From positions 1 to 38,351 of the forward strand of contig MGBU01000059.1 in NCBI GenBank assembly GCA_001790205.1: DNA of 38,351 bases. Direction: 5' to 3'. The position numbers and the translations under genes were made by a program. Positions 13,360 to 21,571 of the stretch are shown in pieces. This DNA comes from Candidatus Rokubacteria bacterium GWA2_73_35 (GTDB taxonomy: Bacteria > Methylomirabilota > Methylomirabilia > Rokubacteriales > CSP1-6). The stretch's first letter is position 1. Each line of letters begins with the position of its first letter. The notes under the pieces were generated by a model, which searched no databases, had not been told where the DNA came from, and worked only from the letters and a program-made list of their open reading frames with translations.

Positions 13360-13761
13360 CTACTTCTTCTTGAGGGAGCGGATGAAGTTGACCAGCTCCC
13401 ACCGCTCTTTCTCGGGCAGGTGCTTCCAGGGCGGCATCGCGCCGCGCCCGTTCGAGATCTTCCAGAAGATCTCCCCGTCCGCCTGCTTCTGGACCGCGTC
13501 GGCCGTCCAGTTGGCGGGCTTGGGCGGGGGCAGGGCTGCGGCGGCCGGGCCGTCGCCCTTGCCGGAGTTGCCGTGGCAGGAGCCGCAGTTCGTCGCGACC
13601 GACTTCTGGGCGCTGCCGACGCCCTTCACCGGGTTCTTCAGCTTCTTGGCGTCCGCCGGCGCGGCCCACGGCCCCTGCGCCCACGCCGGCCCGACCCCCG
13701 TCACCGCGACGAGGGCTGCGGCGGCGGCGACCGCTGTGAGGGACTTCCCGAACGCGCTCAT
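13360..13761 (-). CDS. Class I c-type cytochrome, periplasmic
   Basis: 133 aa from the ATG at 13761, with strong SD GAGAGGAGG. Signal peptide, heme motif CGSCH, distal Met context GAMPPW. Confidence 0.85.
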   Translation of the reverse strand: MSAFGKSLTAVAAAAALVAVTGVGPAWAQGPWAAPADAKKLKNPVKGVGSAQKSVATNCGSCHGNSGKGDGPAAAALPPPKPANWTADAVQKQADGEIFWKISNGRGAMPPWKHLPEKERWELVNFIRSLKKK

Positions 13762-13787
13762 GGCGCCTCCTCTCGTACGGCTGATCG

Positions 13788-13799
13788 TGACCGCGTTCA
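13788..13799. promoter_or_regulatory. TGAC-N4-TTCA box upstream of the cytochrome c gene (weak FNR/CRP-type candidate)
   Basis: tgaccgcgttca matches the TGAC-N4-GTCA palindrome seen upstream of nirK at 7 of 8 positions. Its centre is about 33 nt upstream of the ATG. Confidence 0.25.
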
Positions 13800-13841
13800 C
13801 AACGGAATCCGCGCCATTTAACACACGTGTGACGAGGCAGG

Positions 13842-15248
13842 TCAAGGCGATATTCGGCCGCGTCCCGCCTCGCGGACGGCCGCGAGCGACGCCAGGCCGG
13901 CGAGCGCGCCGTAGGCGCCGGCGAGGCGCGCCGGCACCGGGGACGCCACGCTCCACGGCCAGAAGAGCGCGCCGCTCGCGAGTGGCGAGTGGATCACGCC
14001 GAAGAGCGTCGCCAGGCTCGCCACGGCGAAGAGCGCCGCCGTCAGGGTGAGCTGCCGCTCGACGATCGTCACCACCGCCCAGCCCCAGAGCACCGAGGTC
14101 AGGATGAAGCCGTTGCCGAGCACGAGCAGCGCCTGGTGGGTCGCCGCCCCCTCGCCCGTGAGCGCGGCCGCCGACTGGCCGAGCGCCGCGAGGAGAGCCC
14201 CGGTCTCGATGAGGACGACGGCGGCCGCGACGGGCACGAACGTCAGGGCCACGGCCGCGCCGTGCCGCGGCGGCGAGGCCAGGAAGGCCTGCGCGGTGAT
14301 CTCGAGGCCGATGAACACCAGGATCGGCGCGATCGCCGCCTCGGGCAGGACCGCGACGAGGAGCGAGAGCGCCCCCACCGCGGCGCCGCCGCCGATCACG
14401 AGGCCGGTGGCGAGCGTGTAGCCCGCGCGCGCGCCCATCGCCTTGTACGCGGGGTGGCCGATGTAGGGCGTGTTCTGGACGACGCCCCCGCAGAGCCCGG
14501 CGAGCACGGTCGCGCCGGCCTCGACCAGCAGCATGTCCCGCGCGCGGTACTCGTCGCCCGCGGCCGCGGCGCTCTCCGTGTTGTCGATGCCGCCGATGAT
14601 CGTCACGAGCGCGAACGGGAGCGCGATCGACAGGTACGGCAGGGTCGCCGGGAGGGCCTCCACCCACGCGAGCGTCGGCCACGGGATCGCGAGCCCGAGC
14701 GCCGCCGGCGCGACGACCGCGCCCGGGCCGGCGCCCCACGCGGCGCGGAGCCAGAAGATCGCCGCGCCGGCCAGCACGGCGGCGAACGCGCCGGGCAGCC
14801 CCCACGGCATGCGGACCCCGCCGAGGAGTGCCAAGAGCAGCACGCCGAGGGCGACGAGGCCCACGAGCGGGTCGCGCAGGATCTTGAGCGTCGGCAGGAA
14901 CGCGATCAAGAGGATGGCGACGCCGGCGATCGAGCCGAGCAGCGCCGCCCGCGGCACGACCCGCCGCGCCCAGTCCCCCGCGAGCGCGAGCAGGACCTTG
15001 ACGACGCCGATGGCGAGCGTCGCCCCCATGCCCACCTTCCAGGCGAGCACGGGGTCGCGCGTGGCGAGCATGACCGGGCCGAGCACACCGAAGACCATCG
15101 CGAAGAGCGTGGGGGTGTCGATCCCGAAGGGCATCGCCGTGACGTCGTCGCGGCCCGTGCGGCGCGCGAGTCGGAGCGCGAGCCACGTGTACGCCAGGTC
15201 GCCCACGAGGACGCCGAGCGCGGTGCCCGGCACCATCCGCCCCAGCAC
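13842..15248 (-). CDS. NCS2/AGZA-like (xanthine/uracil/vitamin C type) permease
   Basis: Polytopic membrane protein containing RMVPGTALGVLVGDLAYTWLALRLARRTGRDDVTAMPFGIDTP. The family assignment is from memory of similar permeases. The N-terminus probably extends upstream (see finding). Confidence 0.6.
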   Translation of the reverse strand: MLGRMVPGTALGVLVGDLAYTWLALRLARRTGRDDVTAMPFGIDTPTLFAMVFGVLGPVMLATRDPVLAWKVGMGATLAIGVVKVLLALAGDWARRVVPRAALLGSIAGVAILLIAFLPTLKILRDPLVGLVALGVLLLALLGGVRMPWGLPGAFAAVLAGAAIFWLRAAWGAGPGAVVAPAALGLAIPWPTLAWVEALPATLPYLSIALPFALVTIIGGIDNTESAAAAGDEYRARDMLLVEAGATVLAGLCGGVVQNTPYIGHPAYKAMGARAGYTLATGLVIGGGAAVGALSLLVAVLPEAAIAPILVFIGLEITAQAFLASPPRHGAAVALTFVPVAAAVVLIETGALLAALGQSAAALTGEGAATHQALLVLGNGFILTSVLWGWAVVTIVERQLTLTAALFAVASLATLFGVIHSPLASGALFWPWSVASPVPARLAGAYGALAGLASLAAVREAGRGRISP

Positions 15249-15375
15249 GAGGTCGGGCGGGAACCCGAAGGCGCCGATGAGGAGCGAGGAGAGGATGACG
15301 AGCTGGGTGACGTTGTCGAGGGCGAGCCCGAGGAACCCGTTGAGGTCCCCGGCGGCGAGCCAGCGCGGGGAGCGG

Positions 15376-15681
15376 CTAACGCGCCCGGGCGTCGGCGCTT
15401 CCCCGTCCGGCGACGAGCGCGCGGGCGAGGCCCGCGACGCGCTCGGCGAGCGCCGCGCACCAGGCGAGGCTCGCGCGATTGCGCGCGACCTCGGGGTACT
15501 CGAGCTCGAGCGCGTCCGAGGTCCGCTCGTCGAGCCGCAGCCGGGCGCGGTACCGCGACTCCGCGCGCTCGTCGCCCGCGTCGAGCAGGACCTCCACGCG
15601 CGGGCTCACGCGCTTGGCGTGCGCGGTGAGGAAGTTCCTGAGCCAGCGCGTGACCTCGGGACGGCTCCCGCCCGCGAACAT
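15376..15681 (-). CDS. Hypothetical protein (101 aa)
   Basis: ATG-initiated ORF 9 nt downstream of the M48 gene stop, with GC-rich third positions. No recognisable motif. Confidence 0.4.
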   Translation of the reverse strand: MFAGGSRPEVTRWLRNFLTAHAKRVSPRVEVLLDAGDERAESRYRARLRLDERTSDALELEYPEVARNRASLAWCAALAERVAGLARALVAGRGSADARAR

Positions 15682-15690
15682 GGCGGGATT

Positions 15691-17190
15691 CTAGCCCGCA
15701 TCGTTCGCGAACGGTAGTGGCCGCGCCGGGGTCGCCTCGCCGGCCCCCGCGCCCACGGCGGGGACCAGGCCGAGCTGGCGCGCGAGCAGGTAGTGCTCGA
15801 CCTCGGTCAGCTCCCGCTCGAGCCGCTCGTAGTCGGCCACGAGGGTCGCGGCGGGCTCCGCCGGGGTGACCTGGAGCGCAGCCTCCCGCACGCCCGCCAG
15901 GGGGACGCCGAGGCCCTCGAGCCGGAGCGCGAGCGGCGGGTGCGAGTCGGTCGGATGCTGGAGCCGGCGCTCGCCGAGGCCCTCGAGCGCCGCGGGCGTG
16001 GCCTGCCGCCGCGCGAGATCCGAGAACAGCGCGCTCGTGTTGGCGAAGGCCTTCCCCTGCCCCAGCGCCTCGCTCATCCCGCTCTGGACCGTCGGCCAGC
16101 AGCCCGCGAAGGCGTGGACCTTGACGAGCGCGGCCGCCGCGACCGGCGCGCCGACGAGCCCGGCGCCGATCCGGTCGGCGGCGAGCTCTCGCTCCCGGCT
16201 GATCGTGCTCTCCGCGACGGCGAAGCACTCGAGGAAGTACCCGAGCAGGGCGACGGCGGGCAGGAGGATGAGCGAGCCGAGGCTCTGGCCGATCGAGGCG
16301 TGGAGCCCCTGGAGGCCGTCGACCGTGCCGCGGTAGATCGGATAGAATCTCTGGCTCCAGAGCGTGTCGCGGCCCTTGTAGTGTCCGAGCTCGTGGCCGA
16401 CGATAGCGCGCAGCTCGTCGAGGGTCAGGATGCGCGAGAACGGCAGCGACAGGAACATCGTCCGGCCCTTGAGCTGGCCGTCCACCGTCCCCACCCGTGC
16501 CTCGGTCACGAAGAAGCTCGGCGCGAGCCCGACCACGATGTGGTGCGGCGGCACCGCGCTCGCCCGCCGCGCCGTCTCGCGGACGAAGCGCCAGAGCGCG
16601 GGGCTCTGCTCGTCGGTCACCTTCCGGCCGATGACCGTGGTGGTCGCCGTCTGCACGATCGAGAGCGAGGCGCGCGCGAGCGTCACGACGCCGGCCAGCG
16701 CCGCGAGGCCGATCCCCGCGAGGATCCCGACGTGGACCCGGCCGAGCAGGGCCGCCTCGAGGGCGTAGAGCGCCGTGACCGCGAGCGCGGCCTGGGCGGT
16801 GAGGAGGAGGATCAGGAACGCGTTCGTCAGGTGCAGGCCGCTCTTGAAGATCCGGAGCAGGAGCGCGCGGCTCCGCCGCGCCCAGCGCCCGGCGCAGGCC
16901 AGGAGCGCGAGCCAGGCGAGGCCGGCCACGCCCGTGGCGATGGAGGCGCCCCGCATGAGCCCGAGGCGACCCACGCGCGCGCACGCCGCGGCGACCTGCT
17001 GGCGGACCTCGGGCCGGGCGCACGCCGCCTCGAGCGTGAAGGCCTGGCGCCGCTCGAGGCTCACGGAGGGATTGGTCGTCGCGAGCATCGCCTGCCAGGC
17101 GCGCTCCTCGCTCCGGAGGAGCCCCCAGGCGACGGCGAGCGCGAGCGCCGGCACCGCGAGCACGAACAGGAGGAGCGTCGGCCTCGGCAT
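15691..17190 (-). CDS. M48-family (HtpX-like) membrane zinc metalloprotease
   Basis: HEXXH motif in IVGHELGHYKGRD, plus several N-terminal TM segments. The ATG at 17190 is preceded by GGGGGAGGG. The longer start at 17283 lacks an SD and runs through the direct repeats. Confidence 0.8.
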   Translation of the reverse strand: MPRPTLLLFVLAVPALALAVAWGLLRSEERAWQAMLATTNPSVSLERRQAFTLEAACARPEVRQQVAAACARVGRLGLMRGASIATGVAGLAWLALLACAGRWARRSRALLLRIFKSGLHLTNAFLILLLTAQAALAVTALYALEAALLGRVHVGILAGIGLAALAGVVTLARASLSIVQTATTTVIGRKVTDEQSPALWRFVRETARRASAVPPHHIVVGLAPSFFVTEARVGTVDGQLKGRTMFLSLPFSRILTLDELRAIVGHELGHYKGRDTLWSQRFYPIYRGTVDGLQGLHASIGQSLGSLILLPAVALLGYFLECFAVAESTISRERELAADRIGAGLVGAPVAAAALVKVHAFAGCWPTVQSGMSEALGQGKAFANTSALFSDLARRQATPAALEGLGERRLQHPTDSHPPLALRLEGLGVPLAGVREAALQVTPAEPAATLVADYERLERELTEVEHYLLARQLGLVPAVGAGAGEATPARPLPFANDAG

Positions 17191-17217
17191 GGCGCCCTCC
17201 CCCACCGAGGTGGAGGC

Positions 17218-17280
17218 GACCAGCGACTGGTTCCCCTTCTCGGCCCAGCGCAATGGGGGGACCCAGCGACTGGTTCCCCC
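17218..17280. repeat. Two copies of GAC(C)CAGCGACTGGTTCCCC, each with an internal ACCAG-N3-CTGGT dyad
   Basis: Copies at 17218..17236 and 17260..17280, in the 117-bp gap between the nrdJ stop and the M48 start. Confidence 0.6.
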
Positions 17281-17307
17281 CATTTCCCCCCTGGGCCCTG
17301 GGCTAGG

Positions 17308-20300
17308 TCAGCATTCGTTGAAGCCGCACGACAGGCACTTCTTGCAGCCCTCCTCGTAGACGAAGGTCGCCTGGCCGCACTCCTTGCACAGGTCGCCGAT
17401 CCGCTTGCGGGCCTCGCCACCGCCGGGCGGCAGCCCGCTCGCCGGCTTCACCTGACCGGTGTGCTCGGCCAGCGTGCGCGCGAGCGCGTCCGGAAGCGAC
17501 AGGGTCTTGGCCGGCCCGAACCCCGTCGGCTGGCCGCCGCCAATGCGCGTGAGCTGGCTGATGACCTCTTCGAGTCGGCGCTGAGCCGACAGGTGCGAAG
17601 GGAGCCTCAGCGTGAGCGAAATCAAGCGGCCCAGCGCCTCGGCCACCGCCATCGTGTCCGAGCCCCCCTTGCCCACCTGGACGAACACCTCGAAGGGCTC
17701 CCCGTCGGGCGTCTCGTTGACCGTGATGAACGCGGTCCCGATGGGCGTCTCGGTCCGGTAGGTCGAGCCCGTGAGGCTCTTCGGCCGCGGGCGGATGACC
17801 GCCTGCCCGGTCGCGGCCGCCCCGGCGGCCTGGGCCTCCTTCTTGGCGCCCACGCCGACGTTCAGCACCTGCTCGCCCTTGCAGCCGTCGCGGAAAACGG
17901 TGATGCCGAGGCACCCGAGCTCCCACGCCAAGCGGTAGGCCTGGGCGACGTCCTCCTCGGTCGCGCCGTTCGCCAGGTTGATCGTCTTGGAGACGCCGTT
18001 GTCCGTGTAGCGCTGGAAGGCCGCCTGATGGCGGACGTGCCACTCGAAGGCGATCTCGTGCGACGTCTTGAACACCCGCGCGGCCCGCTCGGGCGCGCCG
18101 GGGATCCCGTGGAGGGCGCCGCGCCGGGCGATCTCCTGCATGAGCGCGTCGGAGTAGAAGCCCTGTTCCTTGGCGATGCGCTCGAAGGTCTCGTTGACGA
18201 ACGTGAGCACCCGCTCACCGTCCGGCTGCTTGACCCGGTGCTCGAAGGCAAGGGCGAAGATCGGCTCGACCCCGGACGAGCAGCCCGCGATCATCGAGAT
18301 CGTCCCGGTCGGCGCGATCGTCGTGACGGTCGAGTTCCGCATCGGCCGGTCGTTCCGGTAGATCGAGTGGCTCCAGTTCGGGAACGGCCCGCGCTCCTCG
18401 GCGAGCTTGGCCGACTGGTCGTGGGACTTCTCCTTCACGAACGCCATGAGGCGGTCGGCCAGGTCGATCGCCTCCTGGCTGTCGTAGGGGATGCCGAGCG
18501 TGAAGAGGAGATCGGCCCAGCCCATGATGCCGAGGCCGATGCGCCGGTTGGCCTTCACGGTGGCGTCGATCTCGGGCAGCGGGTACGGGTTCATCTCGAT
18601 GACGTCGTCCAGGAAGCGCACGCCGAGCCGCACCACGCGCTCCATCTCCTCCCAGTCGATGCTCCACTCGCCGTCCTCGCCCCGGCGGGCGAACTTGGAG
18701 ACGTTGAGCGAGCCGAGGTTGCAGGCCTCGTTCGGCAAGAGCGGTTGTTCACCGCACCCTCTGGACACATACCCATCGGTAAGCCAGGTGTCCGTTTCCG
18801 GCTCATAGAGATCGTACGTCGTCGCGGTTCCCGCGGGCTCGACGCCCAGGATCTTCGCACTGCCCGGCACCCCGGCGTGGAGGGTCTGGACCTCGTCACC
18901 GACCTTGCACCGATCCAATCGGAGCGGCGCAAAACCACAACCCTCCCGAGAGACGTAAAACTGATGACCGGCGGTCGCCCGGACAGCCCCGCCGTCCGAG
19001 AACCGCACGTCAAAGATGGGGGTATCCGAGTAGACTTCGACCCGCTCGACCCGACGCGGCCCCTTGACGGTCGTGATGAGATCGCCTGGGCGCACACCAT
19101 CGACGCGGCGTGGCCCCGCCGGGGTCGCCACCATGGTGTCGCCGGTAACGCACGGATTCGTCGCCTCGACCATGCCGATCTCGGGCGTCGGGTTCGCCGG
19201 GCTCGCGTTGATCCGGTCGATGAACACCATGCCCGGGTCGCCCGTCCGCCACGCCGCCCGCACGATCCGCTCGAAGACCTCCCGCGCCGACAGGCGCTCG
19301 ACGACCTGCCCCGAGTGAGGGTTGACCAGGTCGTACTCGGCGCCCGCCGCGAGCGCGTCCATGAACGCGTCGGTGGCGGCCACGGAGATGTTGAAGTTCG
19401 TGATGCCCCCGTCGAGCTTGCAGTCGATGAACTCGAGGATGTCGGGGTGATCGACCTTCAGGATGCCCATGTTCGCGCCGCGGCGCGTCCCGCCCTGCTT
19501 GACGGCCTCGGTGGCGCTGTTGAACACGCGCAGGAAGGAGACCGGCCCGGAGGCGCGGCCGCCCGTCGAGGCGACGATGTCGTCCTTCGGACGGAGGCGG
19601 GAGAAGGCGAACCCGGTGTTGTGAACGAACGCCATGCCGTGCGTTCCCGCGGCATACGTGTTCCATCCCTCGACGGAGAGGTCGTAGAAGGCCTTGGGCG
19701 CCGGTGCCCGGCGGACGGCTGCGATCTCCAAGCCACGGGTCGCCGCGCGCCGCAGCAGCCGTCCGAGACCGGCGTCGCGTGATGCGACCGTGTCCGCGAT
19801 CGCGAGCAGATCATCACGGCGGCACCGCCGGTTCTGATTGCACGACCACCGGCTCAGCTCTGCATGGCATGGGCCGGCGCCGTGACGAGACGATCCGATC
19901 ATACCGAGACCCCTGAGGCGATCGCGCCACGCGCGGAACGGCAGCCGAAGCGCGGTCTGCTTCCGGCTCGCCGACGTGAGCCGGACCCGCTTGTGCTCGC
20001 TCGCGACGTACGCTTCGATGTCGCCTCGCAGGTCATCCACCTGCGGGAGGGTGCAAAGCTGGACGTTGTGGATCGGCCGCTTCCCCCTCCTGTGGGGTGG
20101 CTTCACCGTCAGCGAGGGCTGATACCCGAGGAGGCTCATCAACCCCGCCAGGTCCTCAGCCATTTCACGGCTGGCCGTCGCGTAGGAAGGGCTGCCGTCG
20201 GGGGCCACGTACCCGTCGCTGTCGAGGAGGCCGGCCACGAAGGCGCGGACCACCGGCAGCGGCGACTTCGCGATGACCTCGGGGACGCGCACCCGCTCGT

Positions 20301-21369
20301 CTTTGGCGCCGACCTTCTGGAGCCCGCAGGCCTCGAGCATGTCGAGCACGAAGCGCTGGGTGAGGGTCGCGACACTGAGCAGGCCACGGCGGTCTTGCTG
20401 CATCGAGACGTTGATGCCGCACCCTGCCAGGACCGCCCGGACCTTGTCGAGTACGTCCGGCTCGCCGGAGAACCAGCGGAGCCGGTACTGGCGGAGCGCA
20501 GGAACGTACCCGAAGGAGCCATCGCCGAGGGTGAACCCGACGAGCCACCCGATGGATTCATCGATGACCAGGCTCCCGGACCGCTGGCGGGTCGTGTGTG
20601 GCCAGTAGCCGTCGGGGCGATCAGGGGCCAGGATGATGTCGCCGGCCGCCAGGTCGTCCGCGCGCACCTCCACGAGACCCTCCGGTCGCACGACCATGAA
20701 GGGATGCCACGCGCTCGTCTGGACCCGCGTGCCGTCGCGGGTCTCGACGAGCACTTGCGAGGCGGCCGGGACCTCGAATCGCCAGACGTGAGTCACATGA
20801 CGAAGTCCCGTCTGCCCAGTCTTCGGATCCATCGAGGCCGTGTTGATGTTCAGATCGCTCACGTCGAAGGCCACGCCCGCGCCATGCTGCGCGCCCGGTC
20901 GGCCGTCGGCCGTCGCTCGATTGACGAGAACCTCGATAGGCTCGAGACCGCAGAACGTGGTCCAGACCCGTGTATCTCCCGAGATACATCCCCCGCCGGA
21001 CTTATGAATGATCGCCGCGGCCTTGACGGAGTCGAAGATCTCCTCCATCGAGTCGCCGACGGGCAGCACGTAGCAGGCGGAGTACTGGAGCCCGTTGCCC
21101 TTCCCGGCGTTCATGAGGGTCGGCGAGTTCGGCAGGAAGTAGCCGTCCACCATGATGTCGTAGAAGGCGCTCGCGATCTCGCGCACCGCGGCCTGGCTCC
21201 GCCCGTACCGCGCCTCGCCCGCCGCGATGGAGCCCGCCACCCGCCAGCACATCTCCTCCGGGGTCTCGACGACCTCGCCCCCCTCCCGCATCAGGTAGCG
21301 CTCCCGGAGCACGCGCAACGCGGGCTCGGTCCACTTGCCTACCTTCGACGGGCGAGTCTCAGACAGCAT
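17308..21369 (-). CDS. nrdJ: Class II (adenosylcobalamin-dependent) ribonucleotide reductase precursor with two inteins
   Basis: 1353-aa ORF. The extein motifs match NrdJ: HKSGGG|[14 protein letters not shown]|[16 protein letters not shown], and a C-terminal CxxC..CxxC tail. The predicted spliced product is 764 aa. Confidence 0.93.
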   Translation of the reverse strand: MLSETRPSKVGKWTEPALRVLRERYLMREGGEVVETPEEMCWRVAGSIAAGEARYGRSQAAVREIASAFYDIMVDGYFLPNSPTLMNAGKGNGLQYSACYVLPVGDSMEEIFDSVKAAAIIHKSGGGCISGDTRVWTTFCGLEPIEVLVNRATADGRPGAQHGAGVAFDVSDLNINTASMDPKTGQTGLRHVTHVWRFEVPAASQVLVETRDGTRVQTSAWHPFMVVRPEGLVEVRADDLAAGDIILAPDRPDGYWPHTTRQRSGSLVIDESIGWLVGFTLGDGSFGYVPALRQYRLRWFSGEPDVLDKVRAVLAGCGINVSMQQDRRGLLSVATLTQRFVLDMLEACGLQKVGAKDERVRVPEVIAKSPLPVVRAFVAGLLDSDGYVAPDGSPSYATASREMAEDLAGLMSLLGYQPSLTVKPPHRRGKRPIHNVQLCTLPQVDDLRGDIEAYVASEHKRVRLTSASRKQTALRLPFRAWRDRLRGLGMIGSSRHGAGPCHAELSRWSCNQNRRCRRDDLLAIADTVASRDAGLGRLLRRAATRGLEIAAVRRAPAPKAFYDLSVEGWNTYAAGTHGMAFVHNTGFAFSRLRPKDDIVASTGGRASGPVSFLRVFNSATEAVKQGGTRRGANMGILKVDHPDILEFIDCKLDGGITNFNISVAATDAFMDALAAGAEYDLVNPHSGQVVERLSAREVFERIVRAAWRTGDPGMVFIDRINASPANPTPEIGMVEATNPCVTGDTMVATPAGPRRVDGVRPGDLITTVKGPRRVERVEVYSDTPIFDVRFSDGGAVRATAGHQFYVSREGCGFAPLRLDRCKVGDEVQTLHAGVPGSAKILGVEPAGTATTYDLYEPETDTWLTDGYVSRGCGEQPLLPNEACNLGSLNVSKFARRGEDGEWSIDWEEMERVVRLGVRFLDDVIEMNPYPLPEIDATVKANRRIGLGIMGWADLLFTLGIPYDSQEAIDLADRLMAFVKEKSHDQSAKLAEERGPFPNWSHSIYRNDRPMRNSTVTTIAPTGTISMIAGCSSGVEPIFALAFEHRVKQPDGERVLTFVNETFERIAKEQGFYSDALMQEIARRGALHGIPGAPERAARVFKTSHEIAFEWHVRHQAAFQRYTDNGVSKTINLANGATEEDVAQAYRLAWELGCLGITVFRDGCKGEQVLNVGVGAKKEAQAAGAAATGQAVIRPRPKSLTGSTYRTETPIGTAFITVNETPDGEPFEVFVQVGKGGSDTMAVAEALGRLISLTLRLPSHLSAQRRLEEVISQLTRIGGGQPTGFGPAKTLSLPDALARTLAEHTGQVKPASGLPPGGGEARKRIGDLCKECGQATFVYEEGCKKCLSCGFNEC
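18757..19152 (-). mobile_element. Mini-intein (132 aa) at the NP|CGE catalytic-loop site, with a non-canonical C-terminus
   Basis: It begins CVTGDTMV (block A) and has TAGH (block B TxxH). Block F/G reads [21 protein letters not shown], followed by CGEQ. It therefore ends in Arg-Gly rather than His-Asn. Confidence 0.8.
19618..20988 (-). mobile_element. Full-length intein (457 aa) with a LAGLIDADG homing-endonuclease domain at the GGG|TGF site
   Basis: It begins CISGDTRV and ends GMAFVHN|T. The two LAGLIDADG motifs are [11 protein letters not shown] and [13 protein letters not shown] content and codon usage are visibly lower than in the flanking extein. Confidence 0.9.
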
Positions 21370-21571
21370 GCGCCGCCTCCTTCGTCTTGTGGCCGGGCTT
21401 GACGATGTGCGTCAAGAACACAGTGCTCAGAGGCACAATGAATATCCTCCCATATGTTGTGGTGACCGCGAATCTAGCACGCAGAATCTAGCGGTCGTCA
21501 AGAAAAAAGGTATCCACCGGCCATCCACGGGATGTCCCCGGATCGACGGGGCCCGGTGGGGGTCGCGTGGT
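21370..21571. promoter_or_regulatory. Divergent nrdJ / TolC-family control region
   Basis: This is the only clearly AT-enriched stretch in the window. It holds two TTGACG -35-like hexamers, a T-tract, the palindrome CTTGACG-N5-CGTCAAG (21398..21416), a split dyad CACAA.ATAT..ATAT...TTGTG (21434..21461) and a 9-bp direct repeat gaatctagc (21470 and 21484). Confidence 0.5.

Noticed and set aside
15793-19782. 1329-aa plus-strand ORF, the longest ORF in the track after nrdJ
   Set aside because: It is entirely antisense to the M48 protease gene and nrdJ. The sequence is Arg/Glu/Asp/Gly/Pro-rich low complexity with no motifs. Stop-poor antisense frames are expected in very GC-rich DNA.
21370-21571. 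Cobalamin riboswitch upstream of the B12-dependent nrdJ or the TolC-family gene
   Set aside because: The leaders are short. I could not find a B12-box-like element (GCCACTG-type core) or the multi-stem architecture. B12 riboswitches normally control B12-independent isozymes or transport, not nrdJ.
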